NCBI RefSeq assembly: GCF_004010195.1
Contig: NC_057719.1
Span: 41,690,249 to 41,754,248, forward strand
Source of the DNA: Chiloscyllium plagiosum
Taxonomy: Eukaryota
Reading direction: 5' to 3'
DNA: 64,000 nt
Shown: positions 13,765-26,091 of the stretch, in pieces
How the letters are laid out: each line of letters starts with the position of its first letter
Numbering within the stretch: the first letter of the stretch is position 1
The notes under the pieces: generated by a model
The model's input: only the letters and a program-made list of their open reading frames with translations
Database searches by the model: none
What the model was told of the DNA's origin: nothing
Made by a program: the position numbers and the translations under genes

Positions 13765-13844
13765 GTTTAGGCTATATCTCAGGATAGACTGTAAGGGGTG
13801 AATGGCCTTTTCCTAGTCTTGTGAAATGGGTTCTGACTATGTAG

Positions 13845-14132
13845 AAATACAGTCAGTTGTACAACATGGAAACAAACCCTTTGGTCGGCACCAACCAGAT
13901 ATTCTAAATTAATCTGGTGATCCATTTGCCAGCGCTGGGCCCATATCTCTCAACCCTTCCTATTCATGTATAGATGCCTTTCAGTGTTGTAATTTTAACA
14001 GCCTCCACAACTTCTTTTGGTAGTTCGTTTAATACACGCACCACCCTCTGCCCTTTAGGTCCCTTTTAAACCTTTCCCCTCGTACCCTACACCTATGCCT
14101 CTCTAGTTTGGGATTCCTGTACCTGGGGGAAA
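13845..14132 (-). mobile_element. CR1 3' end
   Basis: Homologous to the reverse complement of 25600-25815 and to 34520-34810; GERFKRDL on the minus strand. Confidence 0.8.
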
Positions 14133-14499
14133 AAACATACAAAGCCAGAGCAGCCAGACAAAATGGTAAAGGAATAAAATGTCGAGCAGAGGGGGAGAAA
14201 ATGTGGCTTTTTTTCTCTCCCATTGGCATTTGAACACTCAATTTGTCAGTTAACATCAGCATCTCAACTGAGTATGCTCCTCTGTGCCTGCAAAAACGTG
14301 CCAGTCTTTCCAAGGGCTAAGAGGGTGTTGTGAAGGACCGAAAGTAGTCTTGTCCTCCTGCCAATCAGAGCCTGCCTATTGACAAAATGTTCTCTCTCAC
14401 TCAATGAAGGTTGAACCTCACCACAGATTACAATTCCCTCTGTCCAACACCTTTCAAAAAGAGTAGGGGTTTCTCAGCAACAATCCCAAACAAGTAGAC

Positions 14500-14737
14500 A
14501 AACACCTTCATCTGCTTCCCCACTGACCTATTGTACTCTATGCTACTCTATCCCCACCCCCCCCCTCCTCTAGCTGATCTCTCCACGCTTCAGTCTCTCT
14601 GCCTTTATTCCTGATGAAGGGCTTTTGCCCGAAACATCGATTTTGCCTGTCCTCGGATGCTGCCTGAATTGCTGTGCTCTTCCAGCACCACTGATCCAGA
14701 ATCTGGTTTCCAGCATCTGCAGTCATTGTTTTTACCT
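14500..14737 (+). mobile_element. PLE terminal repeat (solo)
   Basis: Pyrimidine-rich leader, HHR motif, then ggatgctgcctg...ccagcatctgcagtc tail shared with 16120-16250. Confidence 0.8.
14607..14642 (+). ncRNA. Minimal hammerhead ribozyme motif (one CpG-type change)
   Basis: attc-CTGATGA-A-GGGC-TTTT-GCCC-GAAAC-ATC-gatt; perfect stem II, with GTC changed to ATC. Confidence 0.7.
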
Positions 14738-15084
14738 CTAAATCATGACAGGGTTAGTGTTCTTGAGAACTTTATAGCTCGTGACATAGAGAAGGTTTTA
14801 AACAAAATAGTGGGGAAAGAGATCAATTGTGATCAATAGAAAAATAGAGACATGTTAAAAAAGGAAATAAGCAATATAGGAAAGAAGGGTAAAGCTATTC
14901 TGAGCAGGAAGGGGTACAGAGAGAAAACAAGACTACGCCAACAATCAACACCGGGGTCTGAATCTTACTTACTTTTGGCTAACTCCAAGTTACATCAAGT
15001 TTGTTGGAGGGGACCTAGTCACAAGACTCGATGAATTTTCTCACAGCATTTTACCAACCTTGCTGCAATGCACAAACAGCGATT

Positions 15085-16250
15085 TACTCCCAATTCCTTT
15101 GCCTCTGCTATATCTGCTTCCAGGAGGAGCAATTCCACTCCAGGACATCCTAGATGGCTTCCTCCTTCAAGCAATTTTCCCTTCCATGTGATCAACAATG
15201 CCTTCCGGCACATCTCCTCCACATCCCACACCGCCAACCTTGAATCTCACCCCTCAAACCACAACAAGGATAGAACTCCTCTGGTTCTTACCTTCCAACC
15301 CACCAACCTCTGAATATAACACATTATCCTCTGCCATTTCTGCCACCTACAGTCAGACCCCACCACCAGCGATATATTTCCCGCTTCACCCCTATCAGCA
15401 TTCCACAGAGACCATTCCCTCCGCGACACTGACATTAGGTCCATGCCCGCCACCAACTCACCCACCACTCCCGCCACCTTCCCTTGCTGCCACAAGCAGT
15501 GTAAAACCTGTGCCCACACCTCCCCCCTCACCTCCACCCAAGGCCCCAAAGGATCCTTCCACATCTGATAGAGATTTTCCTGCACATCCAAACACCTCAT
15601 CTACTATGTCCATTGCTCTCAATGTGGTCTCTTCTACATTGAGGAGACAGGACAGCAAATCATGTAACATTTCAGGGAACATCCCTGGGACACACACACA
15701 CCAAACAGCCCCATCGCCCTGTGGCAGACCACTTGAACTCCCCCTCCCACTCTACCAAGGACATGCAAGTCCTGGACCTCCTCCACCACCAAATCCAAGC
15801 CACCCAAAGCCTGTAGGAAGATTGCCTCATCTTCCACCTTGGGACCCTCCAACCACACGGCATCAATGTTGATTTCACCAGTTTCCTCATCTCCCCTCCC
15901 CCCACCTCATCGCAGACCTAGCCCTCCAAATTGGCACCACCCTCTTGAATTGTCCTATTTGTCCATCTTCTTTCCCTTTTATCTGCTCCACCCTCCCCTC
16001 TGACCTATCACCATCACACCCCACTCCCATCTACCTATCGCCTTCCCAGCTACCTTGCCCCCAGCTCCACCCGATCCCCTCCCATTTATCTCTCAGCCCC
16101 TTTCCCCCAACCTCCCAATATTCCTGATGAAGAGCTTATGCCTGAAACATTGATTGTCCTACTCCTCAGATTCTGTCTGACCTGCTGGGCTTTTCCAGTG
16201 CCACACTTTTGACTCTGACTCTCCAGCATCTGCAGTCCTCACTTTCTCCA
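15085..16250 (+). mobile_element. Penelope-like element (Neptune-type) 3' part: RT C-terminus, GIY-YIG endonuclease and terminal repeat with HHR (16124-16151)
   Basis: NKDRTPLVLTF.P; CCHKQCKTC; FSCTSKHLIYYVHCSQCGLFYIEETG; LGTLQPHGINVDF; CTGATGA...GAAAC in the terminal repeat; multiple stops. Confidence 0.92.
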
Positions 16251-17878
16251 CAAACACCAAACTAGCTCAGCAACAATGGAGCAGCAGCACTGTCTGTTTC
16301 TCTGTCTGAGAATTATCTGGCTTTGGCAGGCAAATTAAAGGGCTTAGCGGAGCTGATCCCTGACCAGAACTGTAAGAGTCTATATAGCTACCGGCAATGT
16401 TTAGAGCTTGAGGCCAAAATCTGTGAGGTTGATATGAAGGGAGGAGGATCTGGGGATCTCTAGAGAAAGGAGCAATCTGGTATAGGCCTGAGGTTCACAT
16501 TACACTCCAGTATCTCCATCCCTCCCTTCCCATCAAAGTGGACCATCCTGGTCTGTTCAACTTAAAATCATTGGCGAATGTGCTACATACGACGGTTAAA
16601 GTTAATGGGTTTACTCCTCCAGAGTTTAACTGGCTCATCTTAGATTTCATATTTGACAAGCAATTTGAAAATACATGGATAAGTCATATGTAGAAATTGA
16701 CCACATGTTTTCAGGTAATATCTCAAAAATACAGAAGTAGTTGAGGAGGTTGGAGAGTGAGCTCCAAACGCTTCTGATGGGAATAGAAACCATTCCTGGA
16801 GATGCTCTGGCTACAGTCAGTTTGTTGAAAGTTGAACCAGGTGAAAACAAAGAGATGCATTGGAGCAGAATGTGTCAAATTTTCAATGTCAGTAGCAAGT
16901 AGGGACAGTTCAGTGAGACAGACAATGGAATTTGTGACACTGCACATTAAAAAAGTGATTTGTGACTGCACAAGGTACAATATCCACAGTATAAACATAA
17001 AAACAAAACAGTATTATTGGGAAACTGAAACAAAAACGTAAACTGGTACAAATACATCTGTTATAAGGAAGAGATTAATGTTCTAGTTGTAAGACGAACC
17101 ACCAGAATTTCACAGAGATTGAAAAAAATTGAAGATTTACTGTAATGATTTAAGAAAAATCTTTTTTTCATTCCTCGTCTGGACTTTATGAGATACAAAA
17201 ATCAAAAGCAGTTCAATTATAAAAATTATTCAAATGCAATAATGATTATTTATGTAAATCTATAGCTGGATTATTTTCCAGTTGCATGCTGAGAGTGGGT
17301 CCAGTCATACGGTTCTTAATAGCTGCTTTGAATTGAAATAAGTTGTAAACAAATGTGGAATGGCTGCCAATAAATAAAAAGAGGTTTTTAATCATTCTGA
17401 TGGTTACAGGGCCTTAAGATAAAAATGAAAAAAAATCATTATAATCAAATTCTTTCACTTCCCATCCTCATCTCAGCAGCTACTAATCACAGCATTACAA
17501 TGATTAGAATGCTATCTACCACGAACAGTTAAACAGGAAATTTAATGGAATCAATAATGCTATATACCCATAGTGGCAATTGTGATAGTTGTGACAATTA
17601 ACTTTAGAAGATGTGATAGATTCATTAAGAGACTGAAAGATTTTGAATGATGTGCCAACATACAGAACTAGATTTTTGCTAACAATGTGGGTAGCTCAAT
17701 TGGGGAGATTTCCAGTCTCAGCAGCATCAGTGTGAAGGGTCTTATTAGACACAATTTAGGGAAATGGGGGGGGGAGCGGGGAAGCATGGTGGTGGCATTG
17801 AGTCAGGTCCACTAAACCCAGAACTATATTGTTTGCAGCCAGAGGGTGAGAGGGTATCAAGACAGGCTTGTTAGAAGG

Positions 17879-18106
17879 CCTCAGGATTAGAGTGGTGCTG
17901 GAAAGGCACAGCAGGTCAGGCAGCATCCGAGGAGCAGGAAAATCGATGTTTCGGGCAAAAACCCAAGGGCTCCCATTAAATTTCCTGTTTAACTGTTCGT
18001 GGTGGATAGCATTCTAATCATTATAAAGCTGCCTGACCTACTGTGCCTTTCCAGCACCACTGTAATCTCGACTCTAACCTCCAGCATTTGCAGCACCCAC
18101 TTCTGC
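17879..18106. mobile_element. Fold-back PLE terminal-repeat insertion with 12-bp target duplication and captured host DNA
   Basis: CTTGTTAGAAGG at 17867-17878 and 18107-18118; inverted arms of the PLE repeat. Confidence 0.85.
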
Positions 18107-19189
18107 CTTGTTAGAAGGTCTGTCGCAACTTCTGGAACTGGGTTCCAGTTGCTTTAGAAACTGCTAAGGCTTCAAGCCCTCAACACTCACACTTATCCTA
18201 CCCAATCCCTCATATGTCATTCCATCTTTCCCAGGCACACCCCATGCTTTTGCATGCTTGTCATACCACCAGGATTCACCAGGGGCAGACCTCTATCTCT
18301 ACTTCACCAAATCCGATCTTTCAAGGTCACATTTAGTTCCCCTTACATCCATCTATGTTATTCACTGCAATTGTTCCAAGAAGTTCCATTTTCTGACCAC
18401 TCTCGGAATTCTTAGGTAATGGTGGTTTTTAACTGAAACAATGAGCCAGAATTTAGCTGAGTCACAAAGGTTCTGCAAACCTTTAACTTTGATGGGCAGG
18501 ATTCTGATGAAATTTACTATTGAGACAGCCACAGGGCTGAGACTAACTAATGGTAGTAAAAGTGCACTGTGACTTCTTTTCGCATGGGCAAGAATGTCAC
18601 AACAGACTTTAACTTGAGTAGGGATGTTTATTGAATTGAAAGGGAGTAGATCTATTGTGTATATTTAATGCACAGTAATTGAACTAGCTGTTTGCATAGT
18701 GATAAAGATTTCACGAATCTTTAATATTGATGGGCAGGACAAGGATGCAAAATTCTGCTCCCACTTCAGACAGTTCCAATATTCGTCAGAAGGGGAAGGG
18801 TAGGGCATGAGTCATACAGGCAGGAAACACAAACTCATGAGGACCACTTGAGTTAGTACTGACAGGCCCCATTTTGGCTGTTCCAATGGCTTTAATCTAC
18901 ATGTTGGTACACTCAGTTGGCGAGACAGCTTGTTTGTCAAGAATTCCTCAACTATAAAGGTCTGGCAAATATTATGGCACTGCATAATTAAAATAATTAT
19001 AGCAAAAAGAAACATGCTACAGAGAGAAGGAAAACAGAAAATGCTGGAAATACTCAGTACGAGCGGCAGCATCTGTGCAGAGAGAAGCAGTGTTAATGTT
19101 CCAAATCAATAATCGTCTGTCAGATCATTGAAGGATGAGATATTATTGAGTGCTACCATGCATTCCTGAAGCTGAGGTTCATGAAAATA

Positions 19190-20010
19190 AAACCATAAAA
19201 TCATAAATAGACCGTTCAATCCATTGATTCTCCTCCCCACTCATTGAGATCAAGGGCTGAACCGATAATCCTCAATTCCACTTTCCTACCTTTTCCCCAT
19301 AAGCCTTGATTCCCTTATTATCCCCGTCAAGAATATGATAATGAGTCAGTCTTTACAGCCTTCTGTGATAAAGATTCCACAAATTCACTACTCTCTGAGT
19401 ATTCTCTTTCTTTCCCAAATGGGTCACCCCTTACTTTGAGATAATACTCTCTGGTCCTCGACTTTCCCACAAGCGGAAATAACTTCTGCAAGCCTACCTT
19501 GTCGAGTCCACAAAGAATCTTGTTTTTTTTTAAATAAGATCACTTCTATTCTTCTACAGACCCAACTTACTCAATTTATCTTTAGCCAACAGACTTACAT
19601 ACCCAGGATCAATCTATTGAACCTTCCCGAGTCTGTCTCCAATGCCAATATTTATTTCCTTGGATAAGGGGACCAAAACTCTATAGACAATTCGAAGTTT
19701 GGACTTACTGGTGTTTTGGATAGTTTTAGCATGACTTCACTATGTTTTTCTCCATTTCCTTTGCAAGAAAGGCCAATGTTCCATTTTCGTTGTCTATTGC
19801 CTTATGAGCTTAGATACTAGCTTTTTGTGATTCATGGACAAGAGCTCCCTAATCCCCCTGTGCTGTAGCTTTCTGCAGTCTCTGCTTAACTAATATTCAG
19901 CTCCTCTATTCTTCCTGCTGAAATTTCACGTTTTCCTATAATATTCCATTTGCCAAGTTTTTACCCACTTGCTTAATCTGTCTATATCCCAATGCATCTT
20001 TGTGGATAGC
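19190..20010 (-). mobile_element. Decayed CR1 3' fragment
   Basis: cataaaatcataaatag tail end; ggggaccaaaact and tattccatttgccaag hallmarks (reverse of QFWSP and WQMEY). Confidence 0.75.
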
Positions 20011-20399
20011 CTGTTTATAGACATGCAAGTGCACTCTACATTGAAAGGTTTGCAGTCAGAGATGGAATCTGTGACTGCCTGTCGGGCAAGAAGGGCCAGG
20101 AAGATGGTTCAACGCTCCACAGAGTCCATACTCCAATCACTCCCTGTCTAAGGTCTTTCTGCCTTAATGTCTTGAAGGGCTATTACTGTGTAGAACCCCT
20201 TGGTCAGACTGAATGGCTGGTGTGTGCTGCAGAGTAGTACCAACTCATGGGTTCAATTCCTAAACCAGCTGATGTCCTAAGGAGAGGTTACTCTCCTCTC
20301 TTTCTCTCTGTCTCTCTCTAAAATGGTAGGGCAGCCCGACAGTCTGGTTTCTGGTTATATTTGGTAATTGTTCTGTTTACGTGTTTGGATGGAAGCACC

Positions 20400-20740
20400 T
20401 AGCAGTACAGATGATACTAATGTGAGGTGATTGGTTAAGAATAAATTCCTGAAGAAGGGCTTATACCGAAACGTTGATTCTCCTGTTCCCTGGATGCTGC
20501 CTGACCTGCTGCTTTTCTTTTCTAGCAACACATTTTCAGCTAAGAATAAAGCAAGACTAGATAAACCTGTTGTATGAATAAACAGGAGTGTCAGACATCC
20601 TGTTCACTCTAACAAACAACAAAAAAAGAAAAACCAACAGGAGTGTCAGACATCCTGTTCACCCTGAGAGCTGCCTCTGAGGGAGCTGGAGCAGTGTGAA
20701 GGATTTTCCATTTTGTGTTAGGGAGGGGACTGACTCTAAA
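20400..20740 (+). mobile_element. Decayed LTR-like repeat related to 58737-58965, interrupted twice
   Basis: ctgttcaccctgagagctgcctctgagggagctggagcagtgt matches the reverse complement of about 58800-58850. Confidence 0.5.
20446..20540 (+). mobile_element. 95-bp PLE mini-insertion starting at an HHR motif (20449-20475); 10-bp target duplication
   Basis: TAAGAATAAA at 20436-20445 and 20541-20550; CTGAAGA-A-GGGcttataCC-GAAACGTT. Confidence 0.8.
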
Positions 20741-23039
20741 CTTAAAAAAAGAAAAATAAATCTGTTGTATGCAATGAGTGGTTAGGATCTGGAATGCCTG
20801 TGACTAGGATGGAGACAGATATAGTTGCGGCTTTCAACAAACAATTTATTAATGATCTTGAAAAGAAAATGTTTGCACAGTTATAGGGAAAAGATCGGGG
20901 ACTGGATGAGTTGCATTTGCAGATGGCTAGCTGCTTTCTTGGTAATTCGATGATAACAATGGTGAGTAAACTTCAAGAAATAACTGTCATTAAGCTGAAT
21001 TGGATTTCCAGTGGTGATGAAGAATGTGGTATAATTTTGCAAGACCACTTTGTTGACTCTGCAATCAGTAGATTGTAGCTGTTCTGTTATATCATGAATC
21101 CTGTGAAAGGAAGAAAATCTCAATTTATTCCCTTCAATCAAAGGTTCTGTTTAAATGGCCACTTGACTGTCAGTTTATTGGAACAACTTGATTGTTTGAA
21201 AAGCTTTGCCTTTTAACAGGCAGAAAACATGCAGTAACTTATATACAAACATGAACATTGTTGAATTTTTAAGTATTCTTTGGTATGTTCCCAGGTTAAG
21301 TCAAACAGTTTTCAGATAATTTAAAATGGCATGAACATTTATAATTTCCAGCATTTTGGTTTGTCTGTGCCAAGTCCTTACAGTTTACAAATGCAGCTTA
21401 TGAAAAGTGAAATGAAGTACAGTCACCTCGCCCCCACCCCTGGCCCCAGCTCAGCTGCTGCTGGGGCAACCCCACACTGCAGAGAAGGGGGCTGCATACT
21501 GTTTTAAACAAGGTCAAAGACTCAAGATGAAAGGAGGGAGAAACAAGCAAGTGTTGACACCAGGTTTTCCCCACGCATCCACCCCTCAACCCACCTCACT
21601 CTCCAACTTTCCCTGTTCTTCAACTTCCCTCTTGCTAACACCTCCATCATTCTTTAACCTCCTGGCTTTCTAACTTCCCACTCTTTATTCCCCTTGGTCT
21701 CCAGCCCCACCAGCACAAACATACACTCTCACACACTCCCTTACACTCACTCACTCACTCACTCCTCGGCTTTCTAACCTTCCCCCAAGCAGCATAAATC
21801 TTCTGGCCTTTTAAATTCCCAACCGTCTGACCCCACCCTTCTCCTCCTCACATATCCTCTATCACTTACCCACCTCAATCCCGGTCGATTACCCATTTTC
21901 CTTCACCCCTCACTCTCTTCATATCACATGCACCCTGCTCCAGCTTCACTCTGTAAGCCTTGATTTGTAGAATGTACGGATTTTCTAATCACCTTATAAT
22001 CTGTTATGACACACTAGAGGCACAAGTGGGACTTGACACTATCGCACCATCACAATACCCTTCCTAGCATTTAGGTTATTTCATTTTTATTGCTGACTTT
22101 CCAAAACTTTACCCCTGAAAGTGAATGTGGAGCTTAATTTTTAAAAAAAGGCATTAAAGCTAACTGGCTGGGTTGAGCTCCCCTGGCCAGGTAAGGTGAG
22201 GGGGACATATTAAGGTTCAAATGGAAGGGGCACATGACCTCTTGGGGTCAGACTTTGCAGAAAACCTGCATGGAACAGAGGATGTGTAAAACATGTCAAA
22301 GATGATCTGGTTTTCCAGGGATTGTGTAAGTGAATGGTGACCAGTGAGCTGTCAGCTCTGGATATTTGTTATTTATGGGGAGAACACTGTGTTTGCTCCT
22401 ACCAGTGGAAAACCTTGATAATGGCAGTCTCCCAGTGACGTGACTGGAACAATTGGCATAGCCTGGGGAAACCATTATAAATAATCATTATCATCTGAGC
22501 TGTTGATCCTTGCTTCAAAGATGCAAACTGCTTTTATCAGATTATGAAAATAATATTTGGGATTGATCCGGAAAAGTTTACAACGTTAAGCGGTGATCTT
22601 GATACATATAGACACAGAGTGGGTGTTCACCTAAACAGGTTGTGATAGATTGCTGGGGTAACGTTCATGCTGAAGTAGTGAATGTTCACATTATGTTTGT
22701 GCTGATTAATTTGGCAATTTATTCTTCAGACTAATGACTCAGTGCCTTTCATGTTGAAAGTCAAGGCAATTTGGATGCAAAAAGAAGTTTGTTGTGTCAA
22801 GAGGATGTAGACTGAAACATGCCTAGCATCAATCAAAAGGGAACTGAGCACTCAGTCTCGTGCGGTTTATAAAGGCAGTCCATTTCCCTAGGGTGTATGT
22901 ATGAAAATACTGAACATTTTGAGTAATGGTTTTGAAGCAGATTCTGAGGGCTTCCTTTGTACTACCTGGAAGAATAAAGGGAACACGATCATCTGCACAA
23001 TCTCCTCTGCAACCCATCCACCCCCCCGGTGAGAGTCAC

Positions 23040-23240
23040 ACATTATGCTGACCTGGAACCCCTTTGTGGTTCCATCACTGTCACTGGATGAACATTTTGG
23101 GACTCCCTACACGATAGTCTCTACATATCAAGAGCTGCAGCAGTTCAGGCAGCTGATTGCTAACTTCTCCAGTCCATTTAGGGATGGGCAACAAATGCTG
23201 ACCTAGCCATTGATGCCCACACCCCACAGATGAATAAAAA
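23040..23240 (+). mobile_element. CR1/L2-group LINE 3' tail (type shared with Deu/LF-type SINEs)
   Basis: ctgcagcagttcaggcagc...tagggatgggcaacaaatgctgacctagcc...gatgcccac. Confidence 0.65.
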
Positions 23241-23280
23241 TAAATTTGGGAATGGAGCCTAAACATTTGCTCTCTGGAAA

Positions 23281-23613
23281 TAGAATCATAGAATCCCTAC
23301 AGTTTGGAAACAGGCCTTTCAGCCCAACAAGTCCATACCGACCCTCCAAAGAGTAACCCACACAATCAGTCCCCATTACACTACATTTAGCACCTTACCT
23401 ACACATCCCTGAATACTCTGCGCAATTTAGCATGACCAATTCACTTGACCTACACATCTTTGGATTGTGAAAGGAAACCGGAGCAGCTGGAGGAAACCCA
23501 CGCAGATACAGGGAGAATGTGCAAACTCTACACACACAGTCGTCCGAGGCTGGAATCAAACTTGGGTCCTGGCTCTGTGAGGCAGCAGTGCTAACCTCAG
23601 GGCGGCATGGTGG
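23281..23613 (-). mobile_element. HE1-type V-SINE
   Basis: Full head, V-domain and tail in reverse orientation. Confidence 0.88.
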
Positions 23614-24789
23614 AAAATTTGCTGTTAAAGATGGCGAGATGTGTAATGATGATACAAAAACATTATCCTGATATGTCCAGTACAGATATGATGGGTCAAA
23701 TGGCCTTTTTCAATACCATAAAAGTCTATGATTCTTTATTGCCAAGGAGGTGCTGGTACAATTAATAGGCATTTCAGGACTTATATCCTTTATATGAAAA
23801 TCACCCTATTTACATTAAATTATTGAAGATGCAACTTTTACATGCATCATTCTACTGGAATGGAGAAACTTCCTCTTGTATGAAAAAACTCATTGAAATC
23901 CTCATTCATAACATAAATCAACAGGTTAGTATACTTTAGAATTGGCCACACTATTGGAATTCCGGTGCATACATATCTGTGTAAAGGTTAACAACACCAT
24001 GTCGATAGTATGAAGGAATCCAATGGTCTCAATATTTTTGGCTAAGTGTTTTTTCAAGTGAGAGTCATAATGTCTAGTTCACCATGTCTTGTGTCACCTT
24101 CTTTCATACAACCTTTACTTTTCAACTCAAGAATAATGCAAATAGCTTATTTTAAAGGAAGTAAGTGATAGTCTGTGCTTTGTAAGAATAAGTACCACTA
24201 TTTTCTCGCTACCTCACACTCACAAGCCCACCACTCACCCCGATTCTGCCATTGCACATAGCTCTTAGCAAGGCTCATGGATTCCCAGTCTCACTGTTGC
24301 ATCATGTCCAGTCAATAGCTCTCACCTCATCCTCTGAAACTGCCAACCCCTCTTTCTGTCTGCACTTTCTACTCACTCAATGGGAACATTGTCTCTCCTG
24401 CCCTTTCATCATCACAGCCATCACAGTCAAATCTTTTGTGTCAATGCTGGAAAAATTGACTCATCCCAAACTGATGTCTGCATAGCAGCTGAAGGAAATA
24501 CACATAAACCCTATAGTGATTGCACTTGACCGGCAGGGTAAAGTGTGGCCCAATTCCCATACTGCTAGTTTGTGGATCCCTGGATTCTGGTAGAACTAAC
24601 CACCAGCCACAGCCAAACCCCTGCACTGGAATCAGACAAAACTCTTGACTGAGTGAGGTGCACTCCCGGACTGACCATAGATTCCCTATATTCCACTAAG
24701 GACTGACACCCCCTTTGAATTTCTGACATGGTCATTCAGTTGAAGCATATGCAGAGTATTTGCTGTGTAAGCTGTGAATAGATGCTGTA

Positions 24790-25815
24790 AATATGGCTTT
24801 GTGCATGGGAAATCATGTCTCACAAACTTGATTGAGTTTTTTGAAGAAGTAACAAAGAAGATTGATGAGGGCAGAGCAATAGATGTGATCTATATGGACT
24901 TCAGTAAGGCGTTCGACAAGGTTCCCCATTGGAGACTAATTAGCAAGGTTAGATCTCATGGAATACAGGGAGAACTAGCCACTTGGATACAGAACTGGCT
25001 CAAAGGTAGAAGACAGAGGGTGGAGGCGGAGGGTTGTTTTTCAGACTGGAGGCCTGTGACCAGTGGAGTGCCACAAGAATCGGTGCTGGGCCCTCTACTT
25101 TTTGTCATTTACATAAATGACTTGGATGCGAGCATAAGAGGTACAGTTAGTAAGTTTGCAGATGACACCAAAATTGGAGGTGTAGTGGACAGCGAAGAGG
25201 GTTACCTCAGATTACAACAAGATCTGGACCAGATGGGCCAATGGGCTGAGAAGTGGCAGATGGAATTTAATTCAGATAAATGCAAGATGCTGCATTTTGG
25301 GAAAGCGAATCTTAGCAGTAATTATACACTTAATGGAAANNNNNNNNNNNNNNNNNNNNNNNNNNNNNNNNNNNNNNNNNNNNNNNNNNNNNNNNNNNNN
25401 NNNNNNNNNNNNNNNNNNNNNNNNNNNNNNNNNNNNNNNNNNNNNNNNNNNNNNNNNNNNNNNNNNNNNNNNNNNNNNNNNNNNNNNNNNNNNNNNNNNN
25501 NNNNNNNNNNNNNNNNNNNNNNNNNNNNNNNNNNNNNNNNNNNNNNNNNNNNNNNNNNNNNNNNNNNNNNNNNNNNNNNNNNNNNNNNNNNNNNNNNNNN
25601 GTGTATCAGAGGGTGATACAGAGGATGTGGTGGAGGCTGGTACAATTGCAACATTTAAGAGGCATTTGGATGGGTATATGAATAGGAGGGGTTTGGAGGG
25701 ATATGGGCCAAGTGCTGGCAGGTGGGACTAGATTGGGTTGGGATATCTGGTCGGCGTGGACGGGGTGCACTGAAGGGTCTGTTTCCATGCTGTACATCTC
25801 TATGACTCTATGACT
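24790..25815 (+). mobile_element. Young CR1 ORF2 RT region and 3' end, spanning an N gap
   Basis: Open frame GFVHGKSCLTNL...DFSKAFDKV...GVPQESVLGP...KFADDTK; (ctatgact)n tail. Confidence 0.95.
25340..25600. other. Assembly gap
   Basis: Run of N. Confidence 1.
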
Positions 25816-25935
25816 GTCTGTAGCATAGTGCCATATAGCAATAGATCGACTCCCTTTTCTACTCAGTGCTCTGGACCACGACAGCTACTGGCTTTTCTGC
25901 TTTGCATTGCTGTTTAGGGCTTTTCAGAATGATGG

Positions 25936-26091
25936 GAGAAAGTGAGGACTGCAGATGCTGGAGATCAGAGCTTAAAAATGTGTTGCTGGAAAAGCGCAGC
26001 AGAGGGGGAGGAGAGCTTCTTAAAGGAAGGCATCCTTGCAAGAGGATTCGCAGTAGGTTAAAATGCTTTTCCAGCAACACATTTTTAAGCT
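25936..26091. mobile_element. Fold-back PLE mini-insertion; 15-bp target duplication
   Basis: TTTTCAGAATGATGG at 25921-25935 and 26092-26106; perfect 27-bp inverted arms 25969-25995 and 26065-26091. Confidence 0.85.

Noticed and set aside
15198..15872. 224-aa Pro-rich ORF
   Set aside because: Off-frame reading of the C-rich PLE strand; the true frame encodes a disrupted GIY-YIG
16720..16905. Coding-like stretch or U12 AT-AC exon
   Set aside because: No TCCTTAAC branch or ATATCC donor; no consistent U2 exon either
22002..22960. Possible long LTR beginning TGTTATGAC (similar texture at about 48370-49000)
   Set aside because: Could not define the other end or a target duplication
25297..25731. 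ORFs spanning poly-X
   Set aside because: Artefact of the N gap
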